A stretch of DNA of 64,000 nt from an uncultured Alphaproteobacteria bacterium (GCA_963827365.1 CAWHAX010000028.1:6441-70440), one strand, 5' to 3'; shown: positions 33,313-42,351, numbered from the stretch's first letter. The notes: a model not told the origin generated them from the sequence alone. Program-made: numbers and translations.

Positions 33313-33389
33313 GGAGCGTCAGCTTCGGTCGGCGCCTTTTTTACAGCTAAACAATCCAGTCGAAGACTCCTGAGTCTTCTGACTCAGAG

Positions 33390-33605
33390 TTAGGCGACTT
33401 TATCAACCCTCGCGGGGCGCGGAATTAAGCAAGCCCCCCCATTCGCATTAAGATAGGCATCTGTGCTCGTTAGGAATGGTCCAACGGGTGCACTCTCCGA
33501 CGGACAGCCGGGAACCCTCGACCACCAGCACCAGCCGTCGGCTCGCCAAAAAATTTCAATATTTCCGGTATTGAGGCTGTGAAAGCCCTGATAGCGACCC
33601 GCCAT
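33390..33605 (-). CDS. Microprotein family C
   Basis: MAGRYQGFH...EIFW..DGWCW...VGPFLTSTDAY; paralog of 36908-37117. Confidence 0.65.
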   Translation of the reverse strand: MAGRYQGFHSLNTGNIEIFWRADGWCWWSRVPGCPSESAPVGPFLTSTDAYLNANGGACLIPRPARVDKVA

Positions 33606-33775
33606 GTTGATAACCCCCGCGCGAGACCCAACCGGCAAACGCACCGATGTACGGAAGGTTCCAAGTCGGTCGGCGCTTTTTCTTTGTGATGTTGCCCGCA
33701 AATTACAGCGGGGAGCGAAGTGGTGGTGCTAATCGATGAGCACCTGATGGCCGTCGCACCGTTAGCGGTTACTCT

Positions 33776-34138
33776 ATGGAAACTCGAATCCGACGCGTGA
33801 GGCGCACTTGGGTTGAAAGGCTCACATTATGGGAACAAGCCTACGAAGCCCGCGCTTACCGTGGCCAAGAGGAAATCATTGAGCGAGCTAAAACACCGGA
33901 CGCCGCCGAAGCACTCCTTGTTAAGCGATGGACCGACACTGAAATTCAGATCGAAGTCCGTGGCGATCTGATCATCGTCACGCAGCCTACCACACAGTTT
34001 GTCGCCATCTTCACCAAGCCAAAACATCAGCCGGAGCTTATTCTCAAGCGCCGCACCGATACCGATGACCATGTGTTGATCGCCCAGGCGTGGCGGGCAG
34101 CGAACACCAAGGCGCGAGAGCTTGGTTGGATTGTGTAG
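33776..34138 (+). CDS. Fusion of microprotein families A and B
   Basis: N-half RRVRRTWVERLTLWEQAY; C-half ends AWRAANTKARELGWIV like the 39146 ORF. Confidence 0.7.
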   Translation: METRIRRVRRTWVERLTLWEQAYEARAYRGQEEIIERAKTPDAAEALLVKRWTDTEIQIEVRGDLIIVTQPTTQFVAIFTKPKHQPELILKRRTDTDDHVLIAQAWRAANTKARELGWIV

Positions 34139-34145
34139 ATAAGCA

Positions 34146-34270
34146 GAAGCCCCGGGTGGGATACCGGGGCTTCGCTTGAGGTGGCTCCCTCAATAGGCCG
34201 CAGCGAGAAGGGATACCGCTTAGGGATCGCGGCCTATGGCCAACAAACTCGCGAAGCTGAGTGAGGTTCC
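34146..34270 (-). ncRNA. Candidate sRNA with EcfG-like promoter
   Basis: GGAAC-N16-AGTT at 34270-34246, then three hairpins, two containing GGTATCCC. Confidence 0.45.
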
Positions 34271-34484
34271 TTCTACGAGAAACCCGGCAGCGGCCACGCC
34301 AACCGGGCTTCTCCCAGCCTTCCCCCCGGAGGCTGATTGCTGGACGGTTCAGGCAATTGTCCAGCCGCGATTTAATGCACGATAAGATCGGGTGTTCCGC
34401 ATCCGGGGCACGCTCTCGCTGTTTTGTCTCTGGCTATTGCAGGACAGTCACACTTAGCAGCCTGATGTGATGGTACATTATTGA

Positions 34485-34571
34485 GGTTGGCTCCCCCAGC
34501 CGGGACCAACATCGCACCTCTGAGACGACCTGTGAGACCCCGGCTCCCGCAACGAGCCGGGGTTTCTTTTT
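34485..34571 (+). ncRNA. Candidate sRNA ending in an intrinsic terminator
   Basis: C-rich hairpin, then GAGACCCCGGCTC/GAGCCGGGGTTTC + TTTTT; no credible + strand gene upstream. Confidence 0.4.
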
Positions 34572-34588
34572 GCCCGGTCGCGGCGGCC

Positions 34589-34786
34589 TCAACTCCCCCT
34601 AAGGGGTTTATGTGCGCGTCTCTCAATTTCCAAATTGAGTTGCTCCAGCGTTGGGCCGTCCATCAAGTGAGCTTCGGTGTTCCCGTCGCAAAGTTTCAGC
34701 GCGCGCTCCCATGAGTAGACGGGCGTCTCTGGGGTGCGACCGTCGTTTTTATCGTTTCCGCGTTCACTGATGTAAACTCTGTTCAT
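34589..34786 (-). CDS. Small protein with DUF1565-like motif
   Basis: VYISERGNDKNDGRTPETP; ATGA overlap with the upstream ORF. Confidence 0.55.
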   Translation of the reverse strand: MNRVYISERGNDKNDGRTPETPVYSWERALKLCDGNTEAHLMDGPTLEQLNLEIERRAHKPLRGS

Positions 34787-34986
34787 CTCGCTTCCCTTCG
34801 ACTATCTGCCAGCAATCGTGCTTTCTGGCGGAGCGTCACGATCCTTCCGGGCCGGCACTTTACCGCCTCATCGAACGCAGCCCGCGCGACCCGGTAATCA
34901 CCGGTAAGAGCGATCAGCTCCTCGACGTGTGAGTCCGCGTCGTCCCAAAGCTCGACGGAATACGGAAGGTCGAAAGGCGAACCCAT
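34783..34986 (-). CDS. Small hypothetical protein, LexA-boxed
   Basis: LPYSVELWD...ARAAFDEAV..RPGRIVTLRQ; SOS box 13 bp upstream. Confidence 0.7.
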   Translation of the reverse strand: MGSPFDLPYSVELWDDADSHVEELIALTGDYRVARAAFDEAVKCRPGRIVTLRQKARLLADSRREAR

Positions 34987-34998
34987 CGTGACAGTTTA

Positions 34999-35013
34999 GA
35001 ACAAAACGCGAAC
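34999..35013 (-). promoter_or_regulatory. Alphaproteobacterial LexA (SOS) box
   Basis: GAAC-AAAACGC-GAAC, i.e. GTTC-N7-GTTC on the minus strand. Confidence 0.78.
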
Positions 35014-35090
35014 ATAATCTAGAAGGCGCGACGACCAAGAAGCTCGGTATTGGAGGGTTGTCTTAGGGGAAGTGGCTCTTAGGTAAGTGG

Positions 35091-35174
35091 TGTGATGGAT
35101 TTCCTTGCCATCACAGGTTCCCCCATACTGGAACCGGGGAGAGGTTCGGTGTCCACACGGGCCTCTCCCCTTTT
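35091..35174 (+). ncRNA. Candidate three-hairpin sRNA
   Basis: TGTGATGG/CCATCACA, GGTTCC/GGAACC, GGGGAGAGG/CCTCTCCCC + TTTT; pyrimidine-rich loops. Confidence 0.45.
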
Positions 35175-35311
35175 CCTCACCGCACTGGCCGCACCCGTTG
35201 CGGATTCGGCGAGCAGCGAGTTTGCTACTAAGCAAAAAAGGAGAGACAACCGGATTGCTCCAATTCCCTCTCCCGTCTTGAGAGCTATTGGGCGGGGCAA
35301 CAGCTCAAGAA

Positions 35312-35452
35312 ATAAAAAGCGGAGACCACCCGGCTGTTAGGAGGAAAAACCGAGTGGCCTCCGTAAGAACCGCCCTAGCCCCGTTCAATCAACAGCCAGG
35401 GACGGCATACAGGGCAGCAAGAAGGCTCAAGGGAGGAAACAACCCTCTCGCG
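35312..35452 (-). ncRNA. Candidate sRNA with anti-Shine-Dalgarno motifs
   Basis: Minus strand GTTTCCTCCC near the 5' end and TTTTTCCTCCT in the terminator loop, followed by a T run. Confidence 0.45.
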
Positions 35453-36410
35453 CCAAGTTCAAATTAGTTTGAGAACCTACCGACCGCGAGGCACGACACG
35501 GCAGCGCCGGTCGTGATCTTGAAGCCCGTGCTTGCGCTCGTGGCTCGGATGCCAAGCTGTACGGTGTAGGGAACTTGCAGCTGAGTACCAGTGCCAGTGC
35601 CTGCCAGCGTGGGAATCGTGGCAATTGCCGTTGAGCCGTCGCTTGGACATCCTGTTCGGTGTGAAGGCGATTGACCCGAGACTGGCGTTCCGTATAGCGA
35701 GCAACATCGCCAAGCTGCCAGCGTTACTCGCCAAAAGCTGAGGTCGAAAACAAGGCGTCGGCTTCGGTCGGCGCTCCTTTAACGTGCAAAGTGCTCGGCC
35801 TTTATCTCCGAGCAAGTATGTCAGCAAGCCTAGACCGCGCGAGCCACTCCCGGCCTCATGATCGGCTTCTGTTTGGTGGCGGCTTGCAACTCCTGTCGTT
35901 CGCGAAGCCATTTAAAATAGTCTGCTACCTCACGCGTGTTCTTTTAAATCGCTAGCGTCGCTAAAACCATGCGACCGATCCCAACGAGCAGAAGTACCAA
36001 TATCAAAAACGCTAGGATATCCATCGATCCCGCCGTCTGAGTAGACTGTGCAACACAGTTGGCGAGCGTGTCTTCAAGGTTCCAAGCCTATGTCGTACTT
36101 GTCTGCTCGCTCTATCCGAACAAAGCTCGCAATAGACACGACATAGAGCACCAATCCCACAAACACGGTAACGTCTCAAATCTTAGCGATCATGCCCGAT
36201 GCTCATCATTGACGCACTTACGCCAACGCTGGTCGATCGCGCTGGTTTCCGCACGCGATCAGATATCATGCCCGCTGTGGCCTAGGAGCAACAAAGCTGG
36301 GATGGTGTCCCGGCGCGTCGTGAGCTGAGGGATACGAGCCCGCCGCGGGAGCTTTCCGCTATGCCCGTCGGCTTTCGTCGGCGCAGGCATTGATAACCGT
36401 TCGACGCTGA

Positions 36411-36596
36411 TTATTTGTCTTCGGCCGGCAGCTCAGCGAGCCATCGTCGCTCCGCATCCACTCGGGATGCTTTAGGCGTGGGCCCTCGACCAACCACCTC
36501 ACGGTGTTCGTCGATAATCTTGGTCCGGTAGGCGCGTTGCCAAAGCGAGAGCTTATCGAGCCAGGTTCGATGGATGCGCGAGGTCTGGACTTCCAT
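36411..36596 (-). CDS. Microprotein family A
   Basis: MEVQTSRIHRTWLDKLSLWQRAY...GRGPTPKAS...RRW. Confidence 0.65.
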   Translation of the reverse strand: MEVQTSRIHRTWLDKLSLWQRAYRTKIIDEHREVVGRGPTPKASRVDAERRWLAELPAEDK

Positions 36597-36907
36597 AACG
36601 GTGAGTCTGACACCTCGATGTGACGCAATGATTGCCTCGAAGTGGCGACTCATGGACCAGGAGCGCCCTAAATTTCGGCGGGCTCAATTTTTGGGGCAGC
36701 TTCGGTGCCTACCTCTTTGCTGGGGCTTTCCGCTATCTGGCGTCGCTCTTCCCTTTTCGTCACTTGCGGACAGGTCACAGAAGTTGTGCTACTGCTAGAG
36801 GACTGCCCAAGCGGGAAGTGTCGCTCCCTCAACCCCGTGTTGTTTACCCCCGCTTCGGGGTTTTCTTGCAGTCGGTCGTCGCTTACCGGCACCGGGAGCC
36901 AGAAACG

Positions 36908-37117
36908 ATGGCAGGACGCTATCAAGGCTATCACCTATTCCGCGACGTGGACGGTGAGAGTCGGAGAAGCGTTGAGGTGTTCTGGGAACACAATGGCTGG
37001 TTTTGGCGACCGCGTTTTAAAGGTCGTCCAGCTGACGACGAAGGAGTTGGGCCGTTCACCACAAGCACGCAAGCGTATGAAAGCGCGCGAAAATGGGAAC
37101 CCAATTCAAAAGAATGA
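36908..37117 (+). CDS. Microprotein family C
   Basis: MAGRYQGYH...EVFW..NGWFW...VGPFTTSTQAY; GGGAG RBS. Confidence 0.65.
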   Translation: MAGRYQGYHLFRDVDGESRRSVEVFWEHNGWFWRPRFKGRPADDEGVGPFTTSTQAYESARKWEPNSKE

Positions 37118-37259
37118 CGGATAGCTTCGAGGCCCAGCGGGACTCCTACGCCTAGCTACAATCACCCCCCGCCCCCAATTTTGATGCCCCCCGGTGGCCT
37201 CGGATGGGACCCATCACCGGTCTTTATGCCGGTGATAAGTCAGCCTTCACAATTCACTG

Positions 37260-37375
37260 CTACCGCAACATGCTCGCCACAAACTTCGCAGCGTAAGGCT
37301 TACCAAGCTCGTTGAAAAAGCCACGAGCGGCTAACTCCTTCGACACGTCACGCAACGACAGTTGCCCGCCCTTTC
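37260..37375 (-). pseudogene. C-terminal remnant of a serine recombinase/resolvase
   Basis: Manual translation KGGQLSLRDVSKELAARGFFNELGKPYAAKFVASMLR*. Confidence 0.55.
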
Positions 37376-37589
37376 CTCCCACCAGTCTTGAACAGCCCCG
37401 CCCTGAATTTTGATGCCCCCGGGGGCTATCGATGGGGCCCGCTAACGCCTGGCCTGTGATGTGCCATCATAAGCTATGACGTGACGTCATCAGTATTGTC
37501 TTTAGTATTTAGTGGTTTAGCATGTGCCTGATCATTATGGGCTAACGGACGGCTAACCAGCATCGGCTTGTCGATGGTGGCAAGCCACT

Positions 37590-37798
37590 CCTCTACCGTC
37601 TTGGCCGGCGCTCTCGGTGGCAGCGAACGTGACAAGTTTTTCGCCAAGGTGGACCGGCTCACGACATCCTGGGCAGCGTTCAAGTCAACACGGCTATTGG
37701 ACGTAAAATGGTGCCGACCCGAGCTTGCGGTGCGGGTGAAGCATTTAGCGGGCAGCAAGAGTTTGCGTCATGCAACGGTAAGAGGTCTAGCGTCCTAG
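37590..37798 (+). pseudogene. C-terminal remnant of an ATP-dependent DNA ligase
   Basis: WCRPELAVRVKHLAGSKSLRHATVRGL resembles the LigD/LigC OB-fold end; no catalytic domain. Confidence 0.55.
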
Positions 37799-37807
37799 GC
37801 CCTGCCA

Positions 37808-38011
37808 ATGCGTCGGTTCCCTCCACCCTGGACCGTGCAACAATTGCCGGGAGGTTTCAAAGTGGTTGACGCCAGCGGGCAGTCGCTCGCCTACTTCTAT
37901 GCCCGTGAGAACGATAATGACGCGGGAACAGCCGGGGTGCTGACAATGGACGAGGCAAGGCGGTTGGCGAGCAACTTCGCTAAGCTGCCTGAGCTATTGA
38001 CCCGAGGATAA
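37808..38011 (+). CDS. Microprotein family D
   Basis: MRRFPPPWTV...GQSLAYFY...DEARRLASNFAKLPELL; the C-terminus recurs near 35690-35741 (RIASNIAKLPALL). Confidence 0.7.
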   Translation: MRRFPPPWTVQQLPGGFKVVDASGQSLAYFYARENDNDAGTAGVLTMDEARRLASNFAKLPELLTRG

Positions 38012-38061
38012 TGTAGGCTTCGGGCCGCCGCACATGGCTCTCCGGGGGATGGCTTTAGGAC

Positions 38062-38341
38062 ATGGCCGCTGCGAACACGACCCGTCACACTCGGCGCAAG
38101 ACAAACTGGAAGAAGCTCGGATGGAAGGTAGGTCTAGCCGCTGCGTTGATCGCGGCTGGTTACAGTGCGTGGCTACTGATACCCATCGTCGTTGGGTCCG
38201 ATTTTGACTCCACATTTTAAAACGGCGCTCATCGCGACGTTGGGGGCTACTCCTCTACTCACCAAGATCGCTGCCGTTGCGCTCTTTGGCAAAGAGGCAA
38301 TCCACTTTTTGAAACGTTACCTGGGGAGGGTGTGGCGCTAG
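38062..38341 (+). pseudogene. Small membrane protein (transporter-suffix-like) with +1 frameshift
   Basis: WKVGLAAALIAAGYSAWLLIPIV, shift near 38202-38222, then TALIATLG...AAVALFGKEAIHFLKRY*. Confidence 0.5.
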
Positions 38342-38468
38342 TGGCGGGCCCGGGGTGGGGCTACTTATCTAGGGCTTAATGTGTCGTTTAAGCATCACCC
38401 AGACAGAGAAACGCTGCTCCGCAATTGATGGGGGGAACGGTAAGGCTCCTTCTTTATTTGAAACCATT

Positions 38469-38553
38469 GGCGGAGTAACCCCAACTCTCCGCCTAGTCTC
38501 GTCTTTTCAGCCCGGTCTTGCGGGTGCCCCTCAAGGACCGGGCTTTCTTTATT
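38469..38553 (+). ncRNA. Candidate two-hairpin sRNA or terminator
   Basis: GGCGGAG-TAACCCCAACT-CTCCGCC, then AGCCCGGTC...GACCGGGCT + TTCTTTATT. Confidence 0.35.
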
Positions 38554-38949
38554 CGAGTTGGTTCGGTGGTGGTTCCCTTCCGACACCGCTCCCCGCGCGG
38601 GGACCCACGCATGGGGGGTGGCTATGGATCCTAATCTATGGTGTATCCGGTGCCTCCACCCCTCCCGTTCAAATCAGTCGTTGCCCAGAGAGGCGCTGCC
38701 TCTTCTCGTCAATAATTGGTGGGGCAAGGGCCGTCGTCGTAGGGGCTTGCTTGACTTCCGATAAGATCAATTATCGGAAGCAAACAGCTCGCAATGCGCG
38801 GGCTTCGCCAGTCCATTTCCTTCGGCATGTTGTAGTGGAGTCACAGCAGGTGGCGCTTCGCTGAGCTAAGATCAGGGCTTGGCCCCCTCGCAACGAGTTG
38901 GCAAGACGAGTCCATAAGTGCCCGCTGCTGAGCAGCGGGGGAGTTCGCC

Positions 38950-39132
38950 ATGGTCAACTATCGGGGTTATCTCATCCACTTCCGCAGCGAAGTACTCTCG
39001 TGGCGCTTTATGGCAGCACCCGCTTCTCCCGAGCTTCCTATTCTTTCTCGGGGAGCATCCCCGCAATTCCCTTCAAGGGACGATGCCTTGGCAGAGGCCA
39101 AGAAGCAGATTGACCACCTGCTGTTGGATTAG
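38950..39132 (+). CDS. Small hypothetical protein
   Basis: GGGGAG RBS; YRGYLI...PELPIL...DALAEAKKQIDHLL. Confidence 0.6.
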   Translation: MVNYRGYLIHFRSEVLSWRFMAAPASPELPILSRGASPQFPSRDDALAEAKKQIDHLLLD

Positions 39133-39145
39133 AAGAGACAAGTCG

Positions 39146-39382
39146 CTACACGATCCAGCCCAACTCGCGCGCCTTGTCGTTTGCCACTCGCCATGCACGG
39201 CTGAGAAAATCCGACAGAGCTATCGGCGTTTGTAAATCATCTCGATGCGGGATGTTCTTTGCGAGAAGCTGGGGCGAATTTGCGCGTTTGAAATATGTCA
39301 CGCTGTAACTCGTGCCTGGCAGCGAGACGATAATCTCATCGTCCACCACGTCCGGGCGAAGTCTGCCTCACGGCTCTATCAT
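39146..39382 (-). CDS. Microprotein family B (in-frame TGA at codon 5, or GTG start at 39349)
   Basis: GGAGA RBS, MIEP*GRLRPDVVDDEIIVSLPG...AWRVANDKARELGWIV. Confidence 0.6.
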
Positions 39383-39648
39383 TGTCTCTCCGTGGCCTCT
39401 TGCCGTTGGTGACCTCGGCCACCGACTTTACGCAGAGCTTTCGCATCGCATGGGAGCGGGCGGGATTTTTGGCTTTCGCTCCCATGTCGTCGCAACAAGC
39501 CGATTGGGAGGAACGCCACGAGCGCTTTTGGGCCGACCGATCCCTAGTCGCTTCTTGGTTTGCTGAAGCGATTTCGCGGCCTTCTCCTTGGCTTCTTGCT
39601 TCCTTCGATACTCAGAGTTCACAACTAGAATTTAGGTGGTCTACCCGC

Positions 39649-39860
39649 CTACTCCAAGCTCTTAACGCCACCCTTGAGGCGTTCCCAGCCGGTCGCAACT
39701 GCGGAGGTCGTTTCGTGAAGTCGCTCCTTGGCAACGTCCCAGTTCACGATTGCTTGGAGCATGCATCTGACACCACTTCTGAAGTGGAGAATGCGTCCGC
39801 CACGAATGCCGTACCAATCGTGAGCAATACGCCGAGAATTAGTCCGAGTAGCAGGTTCAT
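39649..39860 (-). pseudogene. Small membrane-anchored protein with -1 frameshift
   Basis: GGAGG RBS, MNLLLGLILGVLLTIGTAFVAD...KQ, shift at about 39750, IVNWDVAKERL...GWERLK*. Confidence 0.55.
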
Positions 39861-40451
39861 GGCAGTGACCTCCAGCCTACAATTACAAGAACGCGCGCTT
39901 GAAGCTGCGAGTTCCGATTGCCACTCGCGCTGGCGCGGCGGCTAGTTTTTCCTGCACTGTGCGCGAGAAGGGGACATGTGGTGATGAACCTTACTCCACC
40001 GAGCTAACTAACATTCTTCCTTTCGGTCGGAGCTTCTCATTTAGAGATGCCCCCTTTCGCGATTTGGGTCCTCAAGTTGGAGGAAGTCCGGCCGTGAGGA
40101 TTGCATTACCTCCCGCAGCTACTCCCCCGGGGGCGTGGAACAGTTGCCCACCCCCGGGTCGGTTACCGGTGATAAGTAACCCTTTTCACCGCTCAACTAG
40201 CGCAACAGCATAGGGTATCATTCACAGAGCCACGTGTGGTGCGCACGGCTGCGGAGATAGGCGCATATTTTTGCATCGCTTACATTTGGTCTCGACCTTC
40301 TTCAGCATTTCCTTACCTCAGTCCCTAAGAAAAAAGGGCCAGGAGGTGAGTCTCCGAGCCCGATTGGTGGTCATCTAAATTGGAAGCCCGCTTTCAAGCG
40401 GATAGATTAAGCTCGTCGTGAGTTGATCGATTTGCAGACACGGGAGATGGC

Positions 40452-40715
40452 ATGTCAGGGGAAGCTCTTCTCATCATTTTGCTGGTCGGACTGATAGCCG
40501 GCTGGCTTGCGGGACAGATCGTCCGAGGCACCGGCTTTGGTCTAATCGCCGACATTGCCATCGGCATCGTGGGAGCCTTGATCGGAAGCTGGTTGCTGCC
40601 TCATTTAGGCATCCGCCTTGGATCTGGGATCGTTCCGGCGATTATTGGAGCGACCATCGGCGCCGTAGTCTTGCTTTTGATTCTCAGGCTGGCCTATCGT
40701 CGCGGCCGCTGGTGA
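40452..40715 (+). CDS. GlsB/YeaQ/YmgE (transglycosylase-associated) stress membrane protein
   Basis: VGLIAGWLAGQIV.G.GFGLIADI.IGIVGALIG...GATIGAVVLL. Confidence 0.9.
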   Translation: MSGEALLIILLVGLIAGWLAGQIVRGTGFGLIADIAIGIVGALIGSWLLPHLGIRLGSGIVPAIIGATIGAVVLLLILRLAYRRGRW

Positions 40716-40730
40716 TAATCGGAGGGAAGT

Positions 40731-40922
40731 ATGGCTGTCGCTAGAACGAAGCGCGTTATCCGTCGTGAGTGGACGCGTAATGAGGTGAAGGAACTGAAGA
40801 AGCACTCAAAAAACAAAACGCCGGTGAAGACAGTTTCCAGAGCGCTGAAGCGCACGCCAGCGGCTTTGAGACAAAAGGCTTATGCGCTCGGAATTTCGCT
40901 AGGCCACCGTCGCACCAAGTGA
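40731..40922 (+). CDS. Small basic HTH-like protein
   Basis: GGAGG RBS; EWTRNEVKELK...ALKRT..ALRQKA..LGISLG. Confidence 0.75.
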   Translation: MAVARTKRVIRREWTRNEVKELKKHSKNKTPVKTVSRALKRTPAALRQKAYALGISLGHRRTK

Positions 40923-40929
40923 AAAGTGG

Positions 40930-42351
40930 TTAGTCGGCAGGCGCGACGGGACTCGGCATCGCTTGCACGATAGGCGCGAGGTCGCGCGCATGCTCCCAAG
41001 AGCTTACCGTTCGCGAAAGCCCCAAACGGACGATGACTAGATTACGCGAAGGCACGATCGCTACAATCTGCTGGTCGTGGCCCAACATGTAATAAGAATC
41101 CTCAGGCATAGGAGGTTCAAGTCCAGGCGACTGAGGCAGCTTGAGCCAGGTATGGGCTCCATAGCGAGCGTCGGGGGCGGCTTGTGTTGGGGTTAGGCTA
41201 TAGGAGACCCAGCCTTCCGGCAGCAGACGCCGACCCTGCCAAAGACCGTCATGCAAGTACAGGAGGCCAAGCCGCGCCCAGTCTCGTGCAGAGGCATACA
41301 AGAAGCTGGAACCGACAAACGTGCCAGACTCATCCGGCTCCAGCACCGCACTGCGCATACCCAGAGGTTCGAACAGTTGCTCGCGGGGAAAGCGCAAATA
41401 GTCGCGGTTCTCGGCAAAACGCTGTCGCAATATGCGGGCGATGATATTCGACGAGCCCCCTGAATATGACCAATGAGAGCCCGGGGAGTATTGCAGCAGC
41501 TTCGAAGCGGAAAAGGCCGCCTTATCGCCCTTCACGAACAGCATTTGGATCGCGTCGCTTGAGTAATCCTCGTAATCCTCATTGAAAATAAGGCCGCTTG
41601 TCATGCGCAGAAGCTGATCGAGTGTGATGTCGCGGCGGGCGTCGCCGTCCCCCCGCCACTCCGGCAATAACGCCTTCTCGGTAAGGGCCAGCTTCCCGTT
41701 CCGCACGGCAATTCCCACCAGTGCATTCATCGCCATTTTGGCCATCGACCAGCCGATCAGGGGCATCATTGCATCGAAGCCGGGCGCATAGCGTTCGGCT
41801 ACGATGCGGCCGCCATGTACGACGACAAGGGCACGGGTGCGCCGCGGATGAATGGGATCGGGTTCGGCGAACGCAGCCTCGACCGCCGCCCCGAGTGCTA
41901 CGCGGTCGATGTCCTGGGGTGGCGCTTGGAGGTCGGCTCGCTCACCTTCGGGCCAAAGCGCCTCGGGATCCGAAGCAGACGGTGCAGGAAAGCCTCCGCC
42001 GGCTTGCGCGCGTAAATCGTCCTCCGTTGTGTCCACGATGAGTGTGCAGCCAAGCCCCTCGCGGAAAATTGCCACTCTATGGCCGAGCCCAAACATGGAC
42101 GCGGTAGCGCGCTTGCGATTGCGCTCGACCTGCCACTGAAAGAAGGAGAGAAGCTCGTAACCGGGTCCGCTCATGTCCTCGGTTACTATAGCTTGCGGAT
42201 CGCGGTGCGAAACGAAGGTGCCGGAACAGAGAAGCTGCGCCAGGAAACCTGAACCCAGAATGGCGGTGCTGTAGAAACCCGGTGCAATCGTTGCCCCAAG
42301 CGTGAGAATTGCCGCTACCAAAATCCCGAACCAGATGCCGCGGTGGACCAT
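40930..42351 (-). CDS. Serine hydrolase, beta-lactamase/AmpC-like family
   Basis: SxxK (WSMAK), LLRMTSGL, YSG, ARDWARLG. Confidence 0.9.
   Translation of the reverse strand: MVHRGIWFGILVAAILTLGATIAPGFYSTAILGSGFLAQLLCSGTFVSHRDPQAIVTEDMSGPGYELLSFFQWQVERNRKRATASMFGLGHRVAIFREGLGCTLIVDTTEDDLRAQAGGGFPAPSASDPEALWPEGERADLQAPPQDIDRVALGAAVEAAFAEPDPIHPRRTRALVVVHGGRIVAERYAPGFDAMMPLIGWSMAKMAMNALVGIAVRNGKLALTEKALLPEWRGDGDARRDITLDQLLRMTSGLIFNEDYEDYSSDAIQMLFVKGDKAAFSASKLLQYSPGSHWSYSGGSSNIIARILRQRFAENRDYLRFPREQLFEPLGMRSAVLEPDESGTFVGSSFLYASARDWARLGLLYLHDGLWQGRRLLPEGWVSYSLTPTQAAPDARYGAHTWLKLPQSPGLEPPMPEDSYYMLGHDQQIVAIVPSRNLVIVRLGLSRTVSSWEHARDLAPIVQAMPSPVAPAD

Noticed and set aside
40160-40190. Possible dif/Xer site around GGTGATAAGT
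   Set aside because: No TTATG XerD arm at the right spacing
32168-40400. Intact prophage, integron or DGR
   Set aside because: No integrase, structural genes, attC-like regular repeats, reverse transcriptase or TR/VR pair seen
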